DNA from: Marsupella aquatica
Taxonomy: Eukaryota > Plantae > Marchantiophyta
Reading direction: 5' to 3'
Assembly: GCA_973895155.1 (NCBI GenBank)
Contig: OZ316891.1
Span: 27,751,561-27,815,560, forward strand
DNA: 64,000 nt
In this document: piece by piece, positions 1-11,879 of the stretch
Layout of the letters: the number at the start of each line of letters is the position of its first letter
How positions within the stretch are numbered: position 1 is the stretch's first letter
Notes under the pieces: model-generated
Told to the model about the DNA's origin: nothing
The model's input: the letters and a program-made list of their open reading frames with translations, nothing else
Databases searched by the model: none
Position numbers and translations under genes: made by a program

Positions 1-170
1 CCTTTGCTGTTCGTACTCGTAGTTTAGAAGTGGTTCGGTAGGCATATTTTTTGCCTTCTTTTGCCCTCAAGTGCAAGCTTTTTGTATCCGAGTGGGTGCT
101 GATGGTGCTGCTTTATCGAAAAAGACGTGGATGAGAATGTGTTTCCTAATGATGTGAGCGATGTGAGCAG

Positions 171-2641
171 CTCTCCTAGTAGGTGAACTTTGTGCAAAAC
201 GTTACGCTTACAAATGTGAAGATCTTCCAATCAAGAACGTCATTATATGGAGAATGAAGCGGCCTTCGGCAGATTCTCAGGTAGAGACAGAGGGACTTGG
301 AAGTCAGGCAGACGGCGTAATGAACTCACAACTCAGTACCTCTCAGGTATGACATGTTCTAAGGATTTCGGAACCGGTGCTTGTCCTGGGGTGTGTAATC
401 TTTCTTTCAAGGGGAAAGCATTCTCGTTTTTTGAGATGGTCAGTATCCTGTGTGTAGCAGATGAAGGTGGGACAAGGAAAGTATGGAAGTAGCCACTATT
501 GAACAAAGTACTTCCTGGTCTTTTACAGGTGGCAGTTGGGGACGTGGAAATGGAATATGTGGTTGTTGTGTACCAAGGCGAAGACTTCGCAAAACTTGTG
601 GCAGAGAAAAGACACGAGGCTGATATCTCTACGATTCGGAAGCAATACCCCACATACTATATCTGTTACCTCATCAGCGGCTTAAAGAAGTATTTAAAGA
701 AGATGTAGGTCGGCATACGTATATATTTTTCTTTCCCCTTAAATTTGTTTGGCAAAGCCTAGATTTGTACTTGCCTTTTTCATGAAACTTTGGGCACTCA
801 TTCTTTGATTTCAGATGAGCACTTTCCTCTAGACTAAGACGTTCCTTCCTCTTTACACTAGTAAAGCCGAGATTGCAGGCAACTAATTTAAAGCGAAACT
901 GACATTGGTACGGATATGTTTTATGTAGGGAGCAAAAGCAATATAAGACAGGTGATCAACGCTGGACACGGCCAAATGTTGAGCAGGTCAGTTGTGTTTG
1001 ATTTTCTGCTACGAGAACTCTTGAAAAGTTCATGCAGAGTGTTTGACTACAAAATTGACACTGACATACTTCGTAATATTGTGCCTCCCTGTTTCTACAT
1101 CTAGGTATCGTCGTTACTATCGTGCGCTTACTTGTTGCCGGCCAATCAGAGAAATAGTACAGTGCATTGTGAACACGATCTATATGCAACATCGTAACGG
1201 TTTGATTGCTGATAAACTAAATGTACTTGATTAATGTATGAAGGGATCTCTTTCCTAATGCTCATTAATATCCTTCTTGACAGGTTCTAGCAGAGTTCAT
1301 TACACATCACCATGGTGTCAACTTTCGCCTGTGTATAGATGAATCTGAGATTGCGGATTATGTAGCTGGATTAACTCGCAGTCTTGCTGAGTATCCGTTC
1401 AAGTATGTCCCACTTCATCCTCCCTCTCAATCGACTCTTATTCGAGATGATTCCTGTGTAGCGACTTTCTATACTCAAGAAGACAACTATCTTAGTTTTG
1501 GGAGTTTGTCGAGTTGGTACGTCAGTCAATAGTTTTGAACCCTGATCTACTAGTTTTCATGAGTAGTACTAGTGCCATCTCCAGTTTTCGGACATCGGAC
1601 ATCGATGTATGTGGGTCTTCGGAAGACGCCACAGCAATGAACCTAGTACTCTCACTTTACACTCTCTCCATAGCCATCCTTGCCATCCCTTTGGAATTCG
1701 TGACCGCTAAGTTGTTTGAATTATGACCTGCAAGAATGTTCCGAAAGCTCTAGTCATCACCCTCAACTCATCGGAATGGAACACAGAGTTCTGTTGCTGT
1801 AGACCATTCGTTTATGTCTTAAATCTTTCCTGCATTTTAAATGGTGTCTGATCTCGGATGCAGAAAAAAGTTGACTTCTATATCTGTTCAAGCTAATGGA
1901 GAGCACGTGAAGAAGGGTGATGCAAACTACCATATCATTAAGAAGAGTACTTGGTATGTCTGCTTCTAAGCCAGAGTTCAGTTTAAAGGGACCAAAAGAT
2001 AAATCTTTTTCTAAAACTGGTGGACATTCTTTGACAATCGATAAGCGCATCACCATCTGTTCTCTTCCTTACGTTGCTAAAAGTGCCAGTTAACCTGTGC
2101 CGTGTTCAGGATGAAATTTCTGGTTGCGATCGGAGGCGTGAGCGGAAATATAGCAGTAGCAGTTGCACAAGAATATCCTACAATGCGAGCGCTCCTAAAG
2201 GCTTATCTCGACCCTTATAGAGCAGTATGTACATGCTGACCTCTTAAAATTGGTGTGCTTGGTCAAATGTATTTCAAATTGAGCTACTTGCAGTTCTACA
2301 CTTGTTTATGTCATCTAGAGTATGCTGGGAGGTTTTCGTTCTGATTCATACTGCGTTAGACATTCACATTTCTCTCATGGTATCTAGACATAGAAGGTCT
2401 CCAAATGGCTTTCTTCATAGCTGCTGGGCACAGGACGTTGAACTTCCCTTTGAATTTTACTTCTCTTTTTATTATCCAGGTTCGTGACAAGGAAAGGCTT
2501 CTTGAAGATATTTTGAAGGACACTGCAGACCGTCAAAGAGTTGGGCCAGTTATTTCGAAACGTATATATCGAGTATTGACGGCAAAAGATGGTAATCTAA
2601 ACACTAAGGAAGTTGATGAAGGAGCAGACCATTTCACTTGA
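171..2641 (+). CDS. EME1: Crossover junction endonuclease EME1-like (MUS81 partner, ERCC4 domain); 5'-partial, earlier exons lie before the window
   Basis: Hand-spliced GT-AG exons 171-280, 529-704, 929-986, 1284-1402, 1864-1953, 2110-2224 and 2480-2641 join in phase. They give LPIKNVIIWRM...EYVVVVYQGEDF...ICYLISGLKKYL..MEQKQYK..WTRPNVEQVLAEFITHHHGVNFRLCIDESEIADYVAGLTRSLAEYPFKKKLTSISVQANG..IIKKSTWMKFLVAI..YPTMRALLKAYLDP..KERLLEDI..RVGPVISKRIYRVLTA. This matches the recalled plant EME1 C-terminal layout. Confidence 0.9.
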
Positions 2642-5448
2642 GAAGTTTGAATGATGGCTGAGAAATTCTGAGGGCAAACAAGGATTGCCCTGGTGTTTTC
2701 CTCTACCTTAAGTATTGTTCGGGTAAGGGCAGTGCCCCTTTTCAATTGTGGGCCGGCTGTCCTTGACTCAAATTGTAATATAACAAAATTCAGCATTGGG
2801 GAACTAGTGCAGCGTGAATTGAACCTCAGGCAAGTATCCTTGTAAGGTCATTGTATTGCCTTTGCACAGTGGAGTGGCCAAGGATCTTATTGGCTGTCGC
2901 TGGATCTCTGAGTTCATTTAAATTTGTAGTTCGTCTCCACGAAGCACCTTGCAGTGCACCGCCCACTGCATATAGTCATTGTTGCAAGACTAGTCGTCGA
3001 CGGACAATTACTCCAGGTTTTGGGCAATGTTACCTGAGGAGTCGTGCCAAGTCTAATTGAAGAGACTCCGTCATCTTTGACATGTTTGTGTCTAGTCCGG
3101 CCCAGGATATTTGTTGTGAACAGTGTAATGGAACAGAGTCTTTTTGGATTCAGCAGCTGAGGTGTCTTTTCAGGACTAGTGTCTCATTCATCCATCCACG
3201 ATTCAATCAGTCTTGATCAGGATGGAGGTCAGACATAAGTATCGAGCCTCCGAGCCTGGATTTCCACTTGAGTGGGATTTACTATTTAGGCAAACGTCTG
3301 AAACAATTTCATCTCCAGCAAGCTCTTTTGCTCTCCGCCAACTTTTTGTTTTTCTTGAGCTGAACTGACATCGCTACTGAGAATTGAGCATGCCGTAGTT
3401 GGGATGGTCTCACAGCAAAGGAAAAATATCCCTTGAATGGGTGAGCCCCTGACCATCGTATACCATCTGGAAACAAGCTTTGGGTCTGACTACATCGAAA
3501 ACGTGGAATGTGATAGATCCATCCGTCTCATGCAAACGTGGAATCTTTAGTTGTTTATATAAGAGATGGGGACCCTTTGAAGCCCACTCAAGCAGCTGGC
3601 AAGTGTGACTTTTCAACTGTGGATCTGCATGGATCTTGCATGCCAAGCATATCACAACTGCGCTTGGACAGAATGATCTGAAATAAGTGAGAAGCAAACT
3701 AAGCAGTCGCTTTTCTGGACCTAGTATTATTTTACAGAGTACTCTCCAAATGATTTGTTCTCATAATGTCCTCTTGTGTGGCCCTAGTGTCCCCTTGTGT
3801 GAGAGCATACACACTGTTGCCTTCCATTGGGGTTATGACCAATACAGTGGACCATGGCTAAGTGCAGATCCCCCACTCGTGCTCTCCAAGTGCAAGCTCC
3901 TAGGCAAGACGCACCAAGCTTGCACTTGTCCGAGCCCTGACTATGTCATATGTTGTGCGCATAAACATAGTTACATAACAATACATCACTTGTCACATAT
4001 TCAAGCACAGTTATAATTCAACAGTTTGTCCAAAATTTACAATAATTTCCACAATAATTTTCAATTGTGCAAATCAAACAATGATGTATGTCAAGTTTCA
4101 AAGAATCCATGTTATATGCACACAACTTGGTCAACCATACCACAGTCAGTCACTAGAGCTTGTGAGAGATAATTATCCCCTTGTGTTTGTTCAAAGGCTT
4201 GGCTCCAATCACCACCCAATTCCTTGATGTACCTCTGTTCTTGCCATGAAGGTGAGATGGCCGACTGGAGCGGTGCACTTCAGATGCACTGGCCCTGCTT
4301 CCAAAAAATGGGGGTAAGGGTTGGAAAAAGGGGCAAAATAGAAAGACTCCCTAAGGCAAAGGGAAATCAACCCGAGAGATTGAGCAAGTCTCCAATTTGA
4401 TTGAGAACTTAGGTGAGAGGAACCCAAGTAAAGTGATCCTCTAGATTGGAAATGATCCTCATTCAGAGTCTAAGGACCTACTTTTTTGAGATATCTCTCA
4501 CCAAATACATGAGATAGATGGAATGGTGGGCTGGCCAGAAAAGCAGAGATATTTTGAGGTAATGGAGCGCCACAAAAGGAAGATGATAAGAAGTTGAAAG
4601 ATTCTCAAATGGACTGCAAAGGATAACATTGGGACTCCAATGGACCAAGCATTGACACCCCAAAACAATGTTGAGCATTTAAACAAAAAGTGTCATATTA
4701 GACCTATGTGTAAACTCATGACTTTTGTATGTGCTGGTGCTTGTTTTGAAAAACTTTGAACTATCTTTTCACAGTGATTTGATTGCCGAACAAATTTTCA
4801 TGTGAATATTTTCTTTCTTGCTGCTTTCTTCATTTAGTGCCACAATAAAAAAAGACAGCCACATGTCCAGCCTGGTTAAAAAGGTTTGCGGATAGGTTAT
4901 TTTTTGAAAGTTTTCTGCAAAAATTGCACAGAAAGTCAAACATTATGGATAGGTCCATTTAAGTAACACATAGTGTTTCAGAGTGGTCCACGCTGGTCGC
5001 CGTAGTTCATCTGAGCGTCTTCCTAAACAGCAATGATAGTCCATGGGAGGTTCAGTTTCAAGAACAGAAGGAAAGGGGGAAAAAACCTTATTAGGGGAGT
5101 TGGAATATAATGATCTATTTAAGCTCTCAAAAGTGAAACCCCCATGGACCACTAAGTTTGACCAAATGCCCCAAGTAAACGGACCAGCGCAACCCAGATG
5201 GGCTGCACAATATCCTTTTTGAACTCAGACAGCACTTGTTCTTGGTAAAAAATCCATGCTTTTCTGGTCAACAATAGCCTGGTCCACGAGGGTTGCAAGG
5301 TTCACAAGAGTGGTCCATCTGAGCATTCCTTTCCGCGCTCTCAGAGTTGGAGGACCTACTACTACTACTGTGCAGTTTCTCACGCTGTACGGTGCGTGAT
5401 CAAGTTGCCGCCGTCGCAGTCGCAGTACCGTATACAAACCGTGGTTGT

Positions 5449-5520
5449 ATGTTCCGTTCCGTTCCGGTCATGTTCGGAGTCCGTATGTTCTGTTCCATTC
5501 CGTTCTGTTCCGTTCCGTTC
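5449..5520. repeat. Imperfect (GTTCC)n pentamer array in a probable transposon-derived tract
   Basis: gttccgttccgttccggtc...gttctgttccattccgttctgttccgttccgttc, read directly. Confidence 0.7.
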
Positions 5521-7197
5521 AGGATTTGGTTATTTGCTGCTGACGCGTTACAATGGGCCGAAGAAATATACATACGCAAAAGTACGGGGCCGCGACTGAC
5601 TACTGTCTCGGCGTGGCGGGCCGGGGGTGTGGCGGGGGGCCGGTCATGGGCGTACGGCGGCCCTGGGGGTGGGGTTTTGGTTGGCCAGGCGAGAGGAGGG
5701 GAATGCAAGGCCGAGGTGCAGAATTCTCTCTAGTGGACATGTACACTAACATGACTGGAGCCTAATACACTAGGGGGTCTTAAACTCAAATCTGGGAGGG
5801 AGGCTGGCCATGGGGGTATCTGTCCTGACGGGAGGGGGTTATAGCCAGGCGAAAGAGGAAGGAGGTTAAAAAATCACTCCAGTGGGGCATTTTAATCTGC
5901 TATTTCCCCATGTTTTTGGTCAGCTGCTGTGGGAAATGTCAGTCCTTGACCTTGACCAAAGTTCAACCTGTGGGCAAACTTAAATGGGGGGGATTTTTCT
6001 AGAGAGTCTAAGGAAAGAGGTCAAGGTGGCCACGCATTGAAAAATAAACTGTTAGATTCTCCTAGATTCAAGGAGAACGTCTAGATTTGGACCCTAGGCC
6101 AAGTATCTATTTGGTGATTTTATGAAAAAATACCAATATATTTCCTTTGTGCTAGTAAGTAATTGGAGCCCGGATGGACCTCCATGTCTGAAAAAACGCT
6201 TCGATAGACTTTACAAGTAGGATGGATCCCAATGAAATTAATTCAGTTTTTGGCTTATTCTGGAAATTTGGAGGTCTCTCAATTCTTAGGATTGTTTGAA
6301 TATATCAGGCTCATTGGAAAACTATTTCTAAGCTGTCTCTAAGTAACCCCAAAACAGCCAATTCTATTGGATATCAAGGGAGTTATTGAAAATTGAAGTA
6401 AGCTGGTCAAATAACTTTTGGAAATTATAGCAAGAGCAGACAAGAGCAGATAGGTAGTGATTCACAGCTCTCCTATTTCATAATGAAAACTAGAAATATT
6501 AGACCACATCTTTCAAAGCAGCTTCTAATGAGCCCAATTACAGCTATTCCCTTCAATATTATGGGAGATACCAAAGGTCAGAATTTATTCTTAAAGTTTT
6601 GATGGAAATGAGAAGGGTGTGGTCGAGGTATTCTATAATGCGAACAAACAGGAATTTTGTTAGCAAGGGGAGTATTGTTAGCAAGACACTTGTGGTTTTA
6701 AATTTCTTTTGATTTTTTCTGCTTTTCTATTTTTTGTGTGTTTTTTATGACTCCAAATGGCTAGCGAGATAGCTAGCAAAAAGAGGAGTCCCCAAAATGG
6801 ATGTTATCAACAAGGTTCCTGTTAGCGAGACAATTGCATATAAAAAAATTAGGGGTCATGTGAGGAATTTTTTTGCTCATGCGAGGAAAATTTCTACTGT
6901 TTCCTCGCACTCTACAATGACCTTGTGTGGTCAAGTAAAGATGTAAAAGTAACCAGGGTCCATAGAAGTTGCATGGTTCACAATCTCTGTCCATCCAAGC
7001 TTCAACTGGGCCATTCTGTGGGTAACAATTTGGCCAATTTATTAGCCAAAGAGAAAGTGGCAGCCCCCCACCTCGAAAGGCACCCCCGTCCAGGCGATAT
7101 CACATGCTTCATGCCCCCCTCAGCCGCATTCATACCCTGCGAGCGTTGCCTGCACTAGGCTCCCACCGCGGCCCCACCGCCCTCCTGGCTCCTCACT

Positions 7198-7204
7198 TAT
7201 AAAA
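7198..7204 (+). promoter_or_regulatory. Candidate TATA box of the MYB gene, followed by a CT-rich Y-patch (about 7255-7325)
   Basis: TATAAAA in a GC-rich context at the boundary between repeat-like DNA and the gene leader, with a pyrimidine-rich tract just downstream. Confidence 0.5.
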
Positions 7205-8698
7205 GGCCACCACCTCGTCCCCTCACACCCTTTGCATTGCGGCCCCCAATCCCCACCTCCCTGCCTCCCTTTCTCCCCCCCTCTCTCTCCCTCTCTCTCC
7301 CTCTCTCTCCCTCACTCCCTCCCTCAACTCCCGCCGCACGCACCCCACCCCCAAAGGCCCAAAGGCCCAAAGGGAGCTTCCGCGATCTTCGGCCTCTTCA
7401 GTGACGCGAAGCGAACGCTTTTTCGAAGAACGAGGAAGAGATGAAGGAGAGCTGATTGATGCGAAGCGCTGATCTGACGAGCTGATTTCTGAGGAGCTGA
7501 TGTCTGATGAGCTGAGCTGCGCTGCGCTGCGCCGAGCCGAGGTGAGCTGAGGTGAGCTGAGGTGAGCTCAATCGATGCTCTCTTTGCGCCTCGCTCGCCG
7601 CTGGGCTTGCCGAGCTCCGTCCCTCCAGTCCGAGTCCGGGAGGAGAGCGACGACGACGACGACGACGAAGACCTCGCATCCACGCTCGCCATCAATCAAA
7701 CGTCAGCCCGCCTGGCCTAAATTCCTCGGACGCCCCCGTGCGTGCGTGCGAGTGAGCGTGCGCTAGCTTGGAGAATGCTAGAGCGATTGAGGCGGAATGA
7801 TCTTCCTTCCGCGAAGGAGGACGAGCAGCGGTCGGACTCGGGCAGCAGCAGCAGCTGCTGATGAGCTTACATAACGCAGTCAGTGATATATACATATACG
7901 AGAATGGAAGGGCGGTGCCCGGAATCCTGCTCGAGGAAAGAAGTTAAGTAATGCTGGAGCGAATATGGAGTGAGTGAGTAGTCTGAGGAGCGGTGGCAGC
8001 GGCAGCAGCAGCTCGTGTTGATCAGAGTTGGGCGGTGCTGCGGATGATGCTTCGAGTGTGATGAGAGAGTGAAAGAAATTTCAGATTTTCGATCGGGGAA
8101 AATTTCAGAGTGTCCGTCCGTCCGTGGTCCGCTTCCAGCGCATCCGGAGCCGCTCAGGGAGGAAAGGACGGAGGAACTCTTCGCACTGCTGAGGAATGAA
8201 CTCATCACACAAGCGTAGAGTGGATGTCGAGAGTCGGGAGAGAGTCGAGTTAGCTAGCTAGTATCGATTCAGCTCGCTGGGCCACCACTCTGGTTGCATT
8301 GCATTGCAGTGGAGTGCAGTGTGAGCTGGCTGAGTTGCGTGAATCGCGTCATGAGGGAGAGACCGTCGGCGAATTTTCCTCGTGCAAAGTGCGACTAAAG
8401 TGTACCCTAACCTCAGAGCACCCTTCAGTAGTCAGATGCTCCTTTTCACCGTCCGCGTGCAGTAGTTGTGTTGTTGTGGTTCTGGTTGCGGCCGAGCGCA
8501 TCATTAAGTACGGTTTCAGCGAATTCAATTGTGTCGAGCGAGGAACCAGCGGGCCGGACGGAAGAGGAGGATCCTTGGGACTTGGGAGCGAGCGAAGAGA
8601 ACGGTAGAAAGGCGAATGAGCCCCCTCCTCTCCCTTCGCCTCCTCCGCAGCCGAGCCGGAGCAGCAGCGAACCCAATCGACAGAGATTGTGGGAGCCC

Positions 8699-8753
8699 TG
8701 TGTGTGTGTGTGTGTTTGTGAGTGAGTGAATGAGTGAGTGAGTGAGTGAGTGA
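8699..8753. repeat. Compound (TG)n/(TGAG)n microsatellite just upstream of the MYB ATG
   Basis: tgtgtgtgtgtgtgtgtttgtgagtgagtgaatgagtgagtgagtgagtgagtgag, read directly. Confidence 0.9.
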
Positions 8754-8813
8754 GGGTGCTGTACAACGACTGTATCTAGCTGATCACGGACGGACAACAA
8801 CAACGAGGCAAGC

Positions 8814-11800
8814 ATGGGGCGACACGCTTGCTGTCACAAGCAGAAGCTGAAGAAGGGACTCTGGTCACCCGAAGAGGACGACAAGCTGGTGCGCTACATT
8901 ACTCAGCATGGACACGGCTGCTGGAGCGCTGTTCCCAGGCATGCTGGTCGGACCGAAGCCCTAGCTCCCTAACTCACTAAAGCTTGCTAATTAGCTACAT
9001 TCCTACTCCTCCCCCTTTGTTCTATGATCATATGCTCATTCTCCGTCCGAGCTACAGTATGAGAATTGATGATCAGTACCAATCTTCCACTGTAGCTTGC
9101 TTCTTCACATTTCCACATATTAACATCAATGCAACCACGGTCATTCCTTCGCGTGCAAGCTCCACACATGAAGTCCTTTATTCTCCGCCTATCTAGCTAT
9201 ATGCCATCATGCACAGAACGTCGAGCATCGTCTCGCAGCAAACAAGCGGAATGATCAGGTTCAGGGCGTATAAACGAACATCAAATCTCGCATGAAATCA
9301 AAATCTTGCTCTATCAGCCGAATTGAGGCCACGGTGATATGCAAAGGGGAACTACGAACATTAAATACAGTTTTTATTACCGTAATTGAGACCATTTACA
9401 TCTCAATGCTGAAACCATCCACCATTAATGCATGCCTAAGTATCCGGAAGGAATCCATGCACCTCTGAGGAGAGGTCCGATGATACATGAATTTCAGATT
9501 TCAACCTCCCCTTAATTGACGTTGGTGCTGCATGTAGTAGTTCAATAGAATTGGAATATAATATATATTCAATGTGCTCGAATTCATGACTGTTTTGCAG
9601 GACTCCAACGATGCGGCAAGAGCTGCAGGTTACGCTGGATCAACTACCTCCGGCCCGACTTAAAGCGCGGAGTGTTCTCTCCTGCAGAGGAGCAACTCAT
9701 CATCGATCTTCACGCCGTGCTCGGTAACAGGTTCAATGCTGCCCAACCTTCTTATCCCTGGATATCTGCCAAAGATTGGCGCTTCTCAATACTATAATTA
9801 GGGCGGCCTTACGTCTCGACTTTTGTGTATCGTTTTCTTACTAGCAGGGCTGAGAAGTTCTGATCTCATCCCTGCAACTCCCTAGAATTTACAGGATATT
9901 CTACTCCTGAGACCAGCTACTGAAGATGCTCCCGAAGATGATGTAGTTTGCTTAAATTTGAACCTTGAGATAATGAGCTTGCATATCCAGACAGCACCGA
10001 GTCCAATTGCATAGTTTGGTATCCGTGTGCATCTCGTCGCTCGGTTGAGCATTTGTCCCGTAGAATCACATATTGAAAGCCATCTGACACTGGCTCGGCT
10101 CACGTTCCTATGCTCTAGATCGAGGTTCATTGTTTTCAGGCTCTGGGGTCATCTTAAAGATAGGAGCTTAAGACTGAGGTACATGGATTGTGATTATTAA
10201 GGTTGTCCCGGAATGCGCCTTTGCTGAAAATTGATCCACCTTTAACTTTGATTGACTTGGCTTTCAATTGGTTGATTTTCAGATGGTCTCAGATCGCCAC
10301 CCAGCTGCCAGGCCGCACCGACAACGAGATAAAGAACTTCTGGAATTCGTGCATCAAGAAAAAACTTCGCCAGCTCGGCATCGACCCCAACACTCACAAG
10401 CAGCAGCAAGAACAACAACAGCCTGGAGATGTCATGCATCCTGCTGGTGCTAGCGCGATGTCAGATTTCGGGACCTTGCGGACATGTCAATCGTTCTTAA
10501 ATCATCACCACCGCACTGGAGGAGTCTCAGACTTGCCCCTCGGCGGTGATGGATGGAAGCACACTTTACCCCAGCTCTTCGCCTCGAATAATGAGGCAGT
10601 GAGTATTCCACCATTGATTTTCGACTCCTCTCGGCTGAATGGGTCGCCGTTTTTGGACAAAAAGCTGGCAGACCTGCAGTCTCCGATGAGAACATTGCAG
10701 CTGCAGGACCGCTCTCCGTTCTCCAAAAATGGCCTTGTGGAGAAAATGGTTGCGTCCGGTCGACCATCACCGCTGAAGTCAGCGCTAGCCGTGGCTCTTG
10801 GAGCAATGAATCCAAGTTCTAGCCCTACTACAACGTCTGGATTCCCAAGCTTGGACTGCAATCTAAGGACAGAATCTCCAGAATCTACTGGTGCCAGTGG
10901 GCACGGTTGCGCAGCGCCAACAACAATGGTTCCACCTGCCTTCAACCCCATTTTCTGGATGGTGCAAGGATCCTCCCCATCTTCCTCTTCTCTACAGCAA
11001 CTATCACCCAATTTTTCTTCTTCTGCTGCCGCCGCCGCTGCAGAATCTGGAGCTGCCTTCAACGCCAAAGAGACCTCGCTGAAGAGCTCGCCGACATCAT
11101 TTTCCATCGAGCAGCGGCGTCCATGTGAGGACATGAATTGCTCCGACCTAAGCTGCGCGCTGATGAATATGAGTGACGACAATCCAATGACATGCTCTCC
11201 TGTCCGCATGAACGAATCCCTCAAGATGAATTGCTCGATTCTTTCAATGGCAGGGGCAGCTGCAGCTGTCCATGGCTCCAATATCAATGTGAGCATGAAT
11301 TGCAATGCAGCCACTGGAGGAGGAGTGTCGACAAGTGATGTCGACTCGGGGATGCAATACTTGGCCACTGAGAGTACTAGCAGTAGCAGTAGCAGTAGCT
11401 GCAACACCACCTCGGCTGATAGCAGCAACCCAAGTACGCTCTTCGACTGGGGAGCCTACGCTGCAGCAGCAGCAGCAGCAGGAGCCGGAGACAGAATCTC
11501 AGAGACTGTCTCGTGCATGACTCTGCAGGCTGGCGGTACCCACTTGAATTCCAACAATTCTGTCGAAACTGGCACAGCTACTGGTTTCTCCCCGGCTACT
11601 CCTGAATCCGAGGCTCAGGCAAATGTCTTGAACGGTGCAGCGAATGGAGCAGCAGCTGCTTCGGCTGCAGGCCACGGCGGCCAGGCGACCACATCCATGA
11701 AATGGAGTGACATGATGCGGGAAGTATGCACAGAAACGCAAGAGGAAGTGGCCACGGGCTTCGAGCAGAAACCAGCTTGGCAGCAATATGCTTCAGGAGA

Positions 11801-11879
11801 TTTCTATGAGCGCTCTGGGCCTGTGACTCCCATGTCCCCTGAGCTCCAACGAATCGCTGCTGTCCTCGATGAAATGTAA
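8814..11879 (+). CDS. R2R3-MYB transcription factor, subgroup 13 (MYB61/MYB50/MYB55/MYB86-like), 619 aa
   Basis: Exons 8814-8946 (133 bp), 9601-9730 (130 bp) and 10283-11879. The 133/130 pattern is the canonical R2R3-MYB structure. Motifs: [92 protein letters not shown]. Confidence 0.96.

Noticed and set aside
8414-8433. GAGCACCCTTCAGT in the MYB leader resembles a miR319/159 target site
   Set aside because: The bases that should pair with miRNA positions 1-4 (CCAA) are AGTC, so the 5' pairing is broken. This MYB is also not GAMYB-type.
10203-10282. N-terminus of the listed 558-aa ORF
   Set aside because: Intronic; exon 3 starts at 10283 after ttttcAG.
10505-11428. 307-aa antisense ORF
   Set aside because: Shadow of the low-complexity MYB exon 3, with no independent domain.
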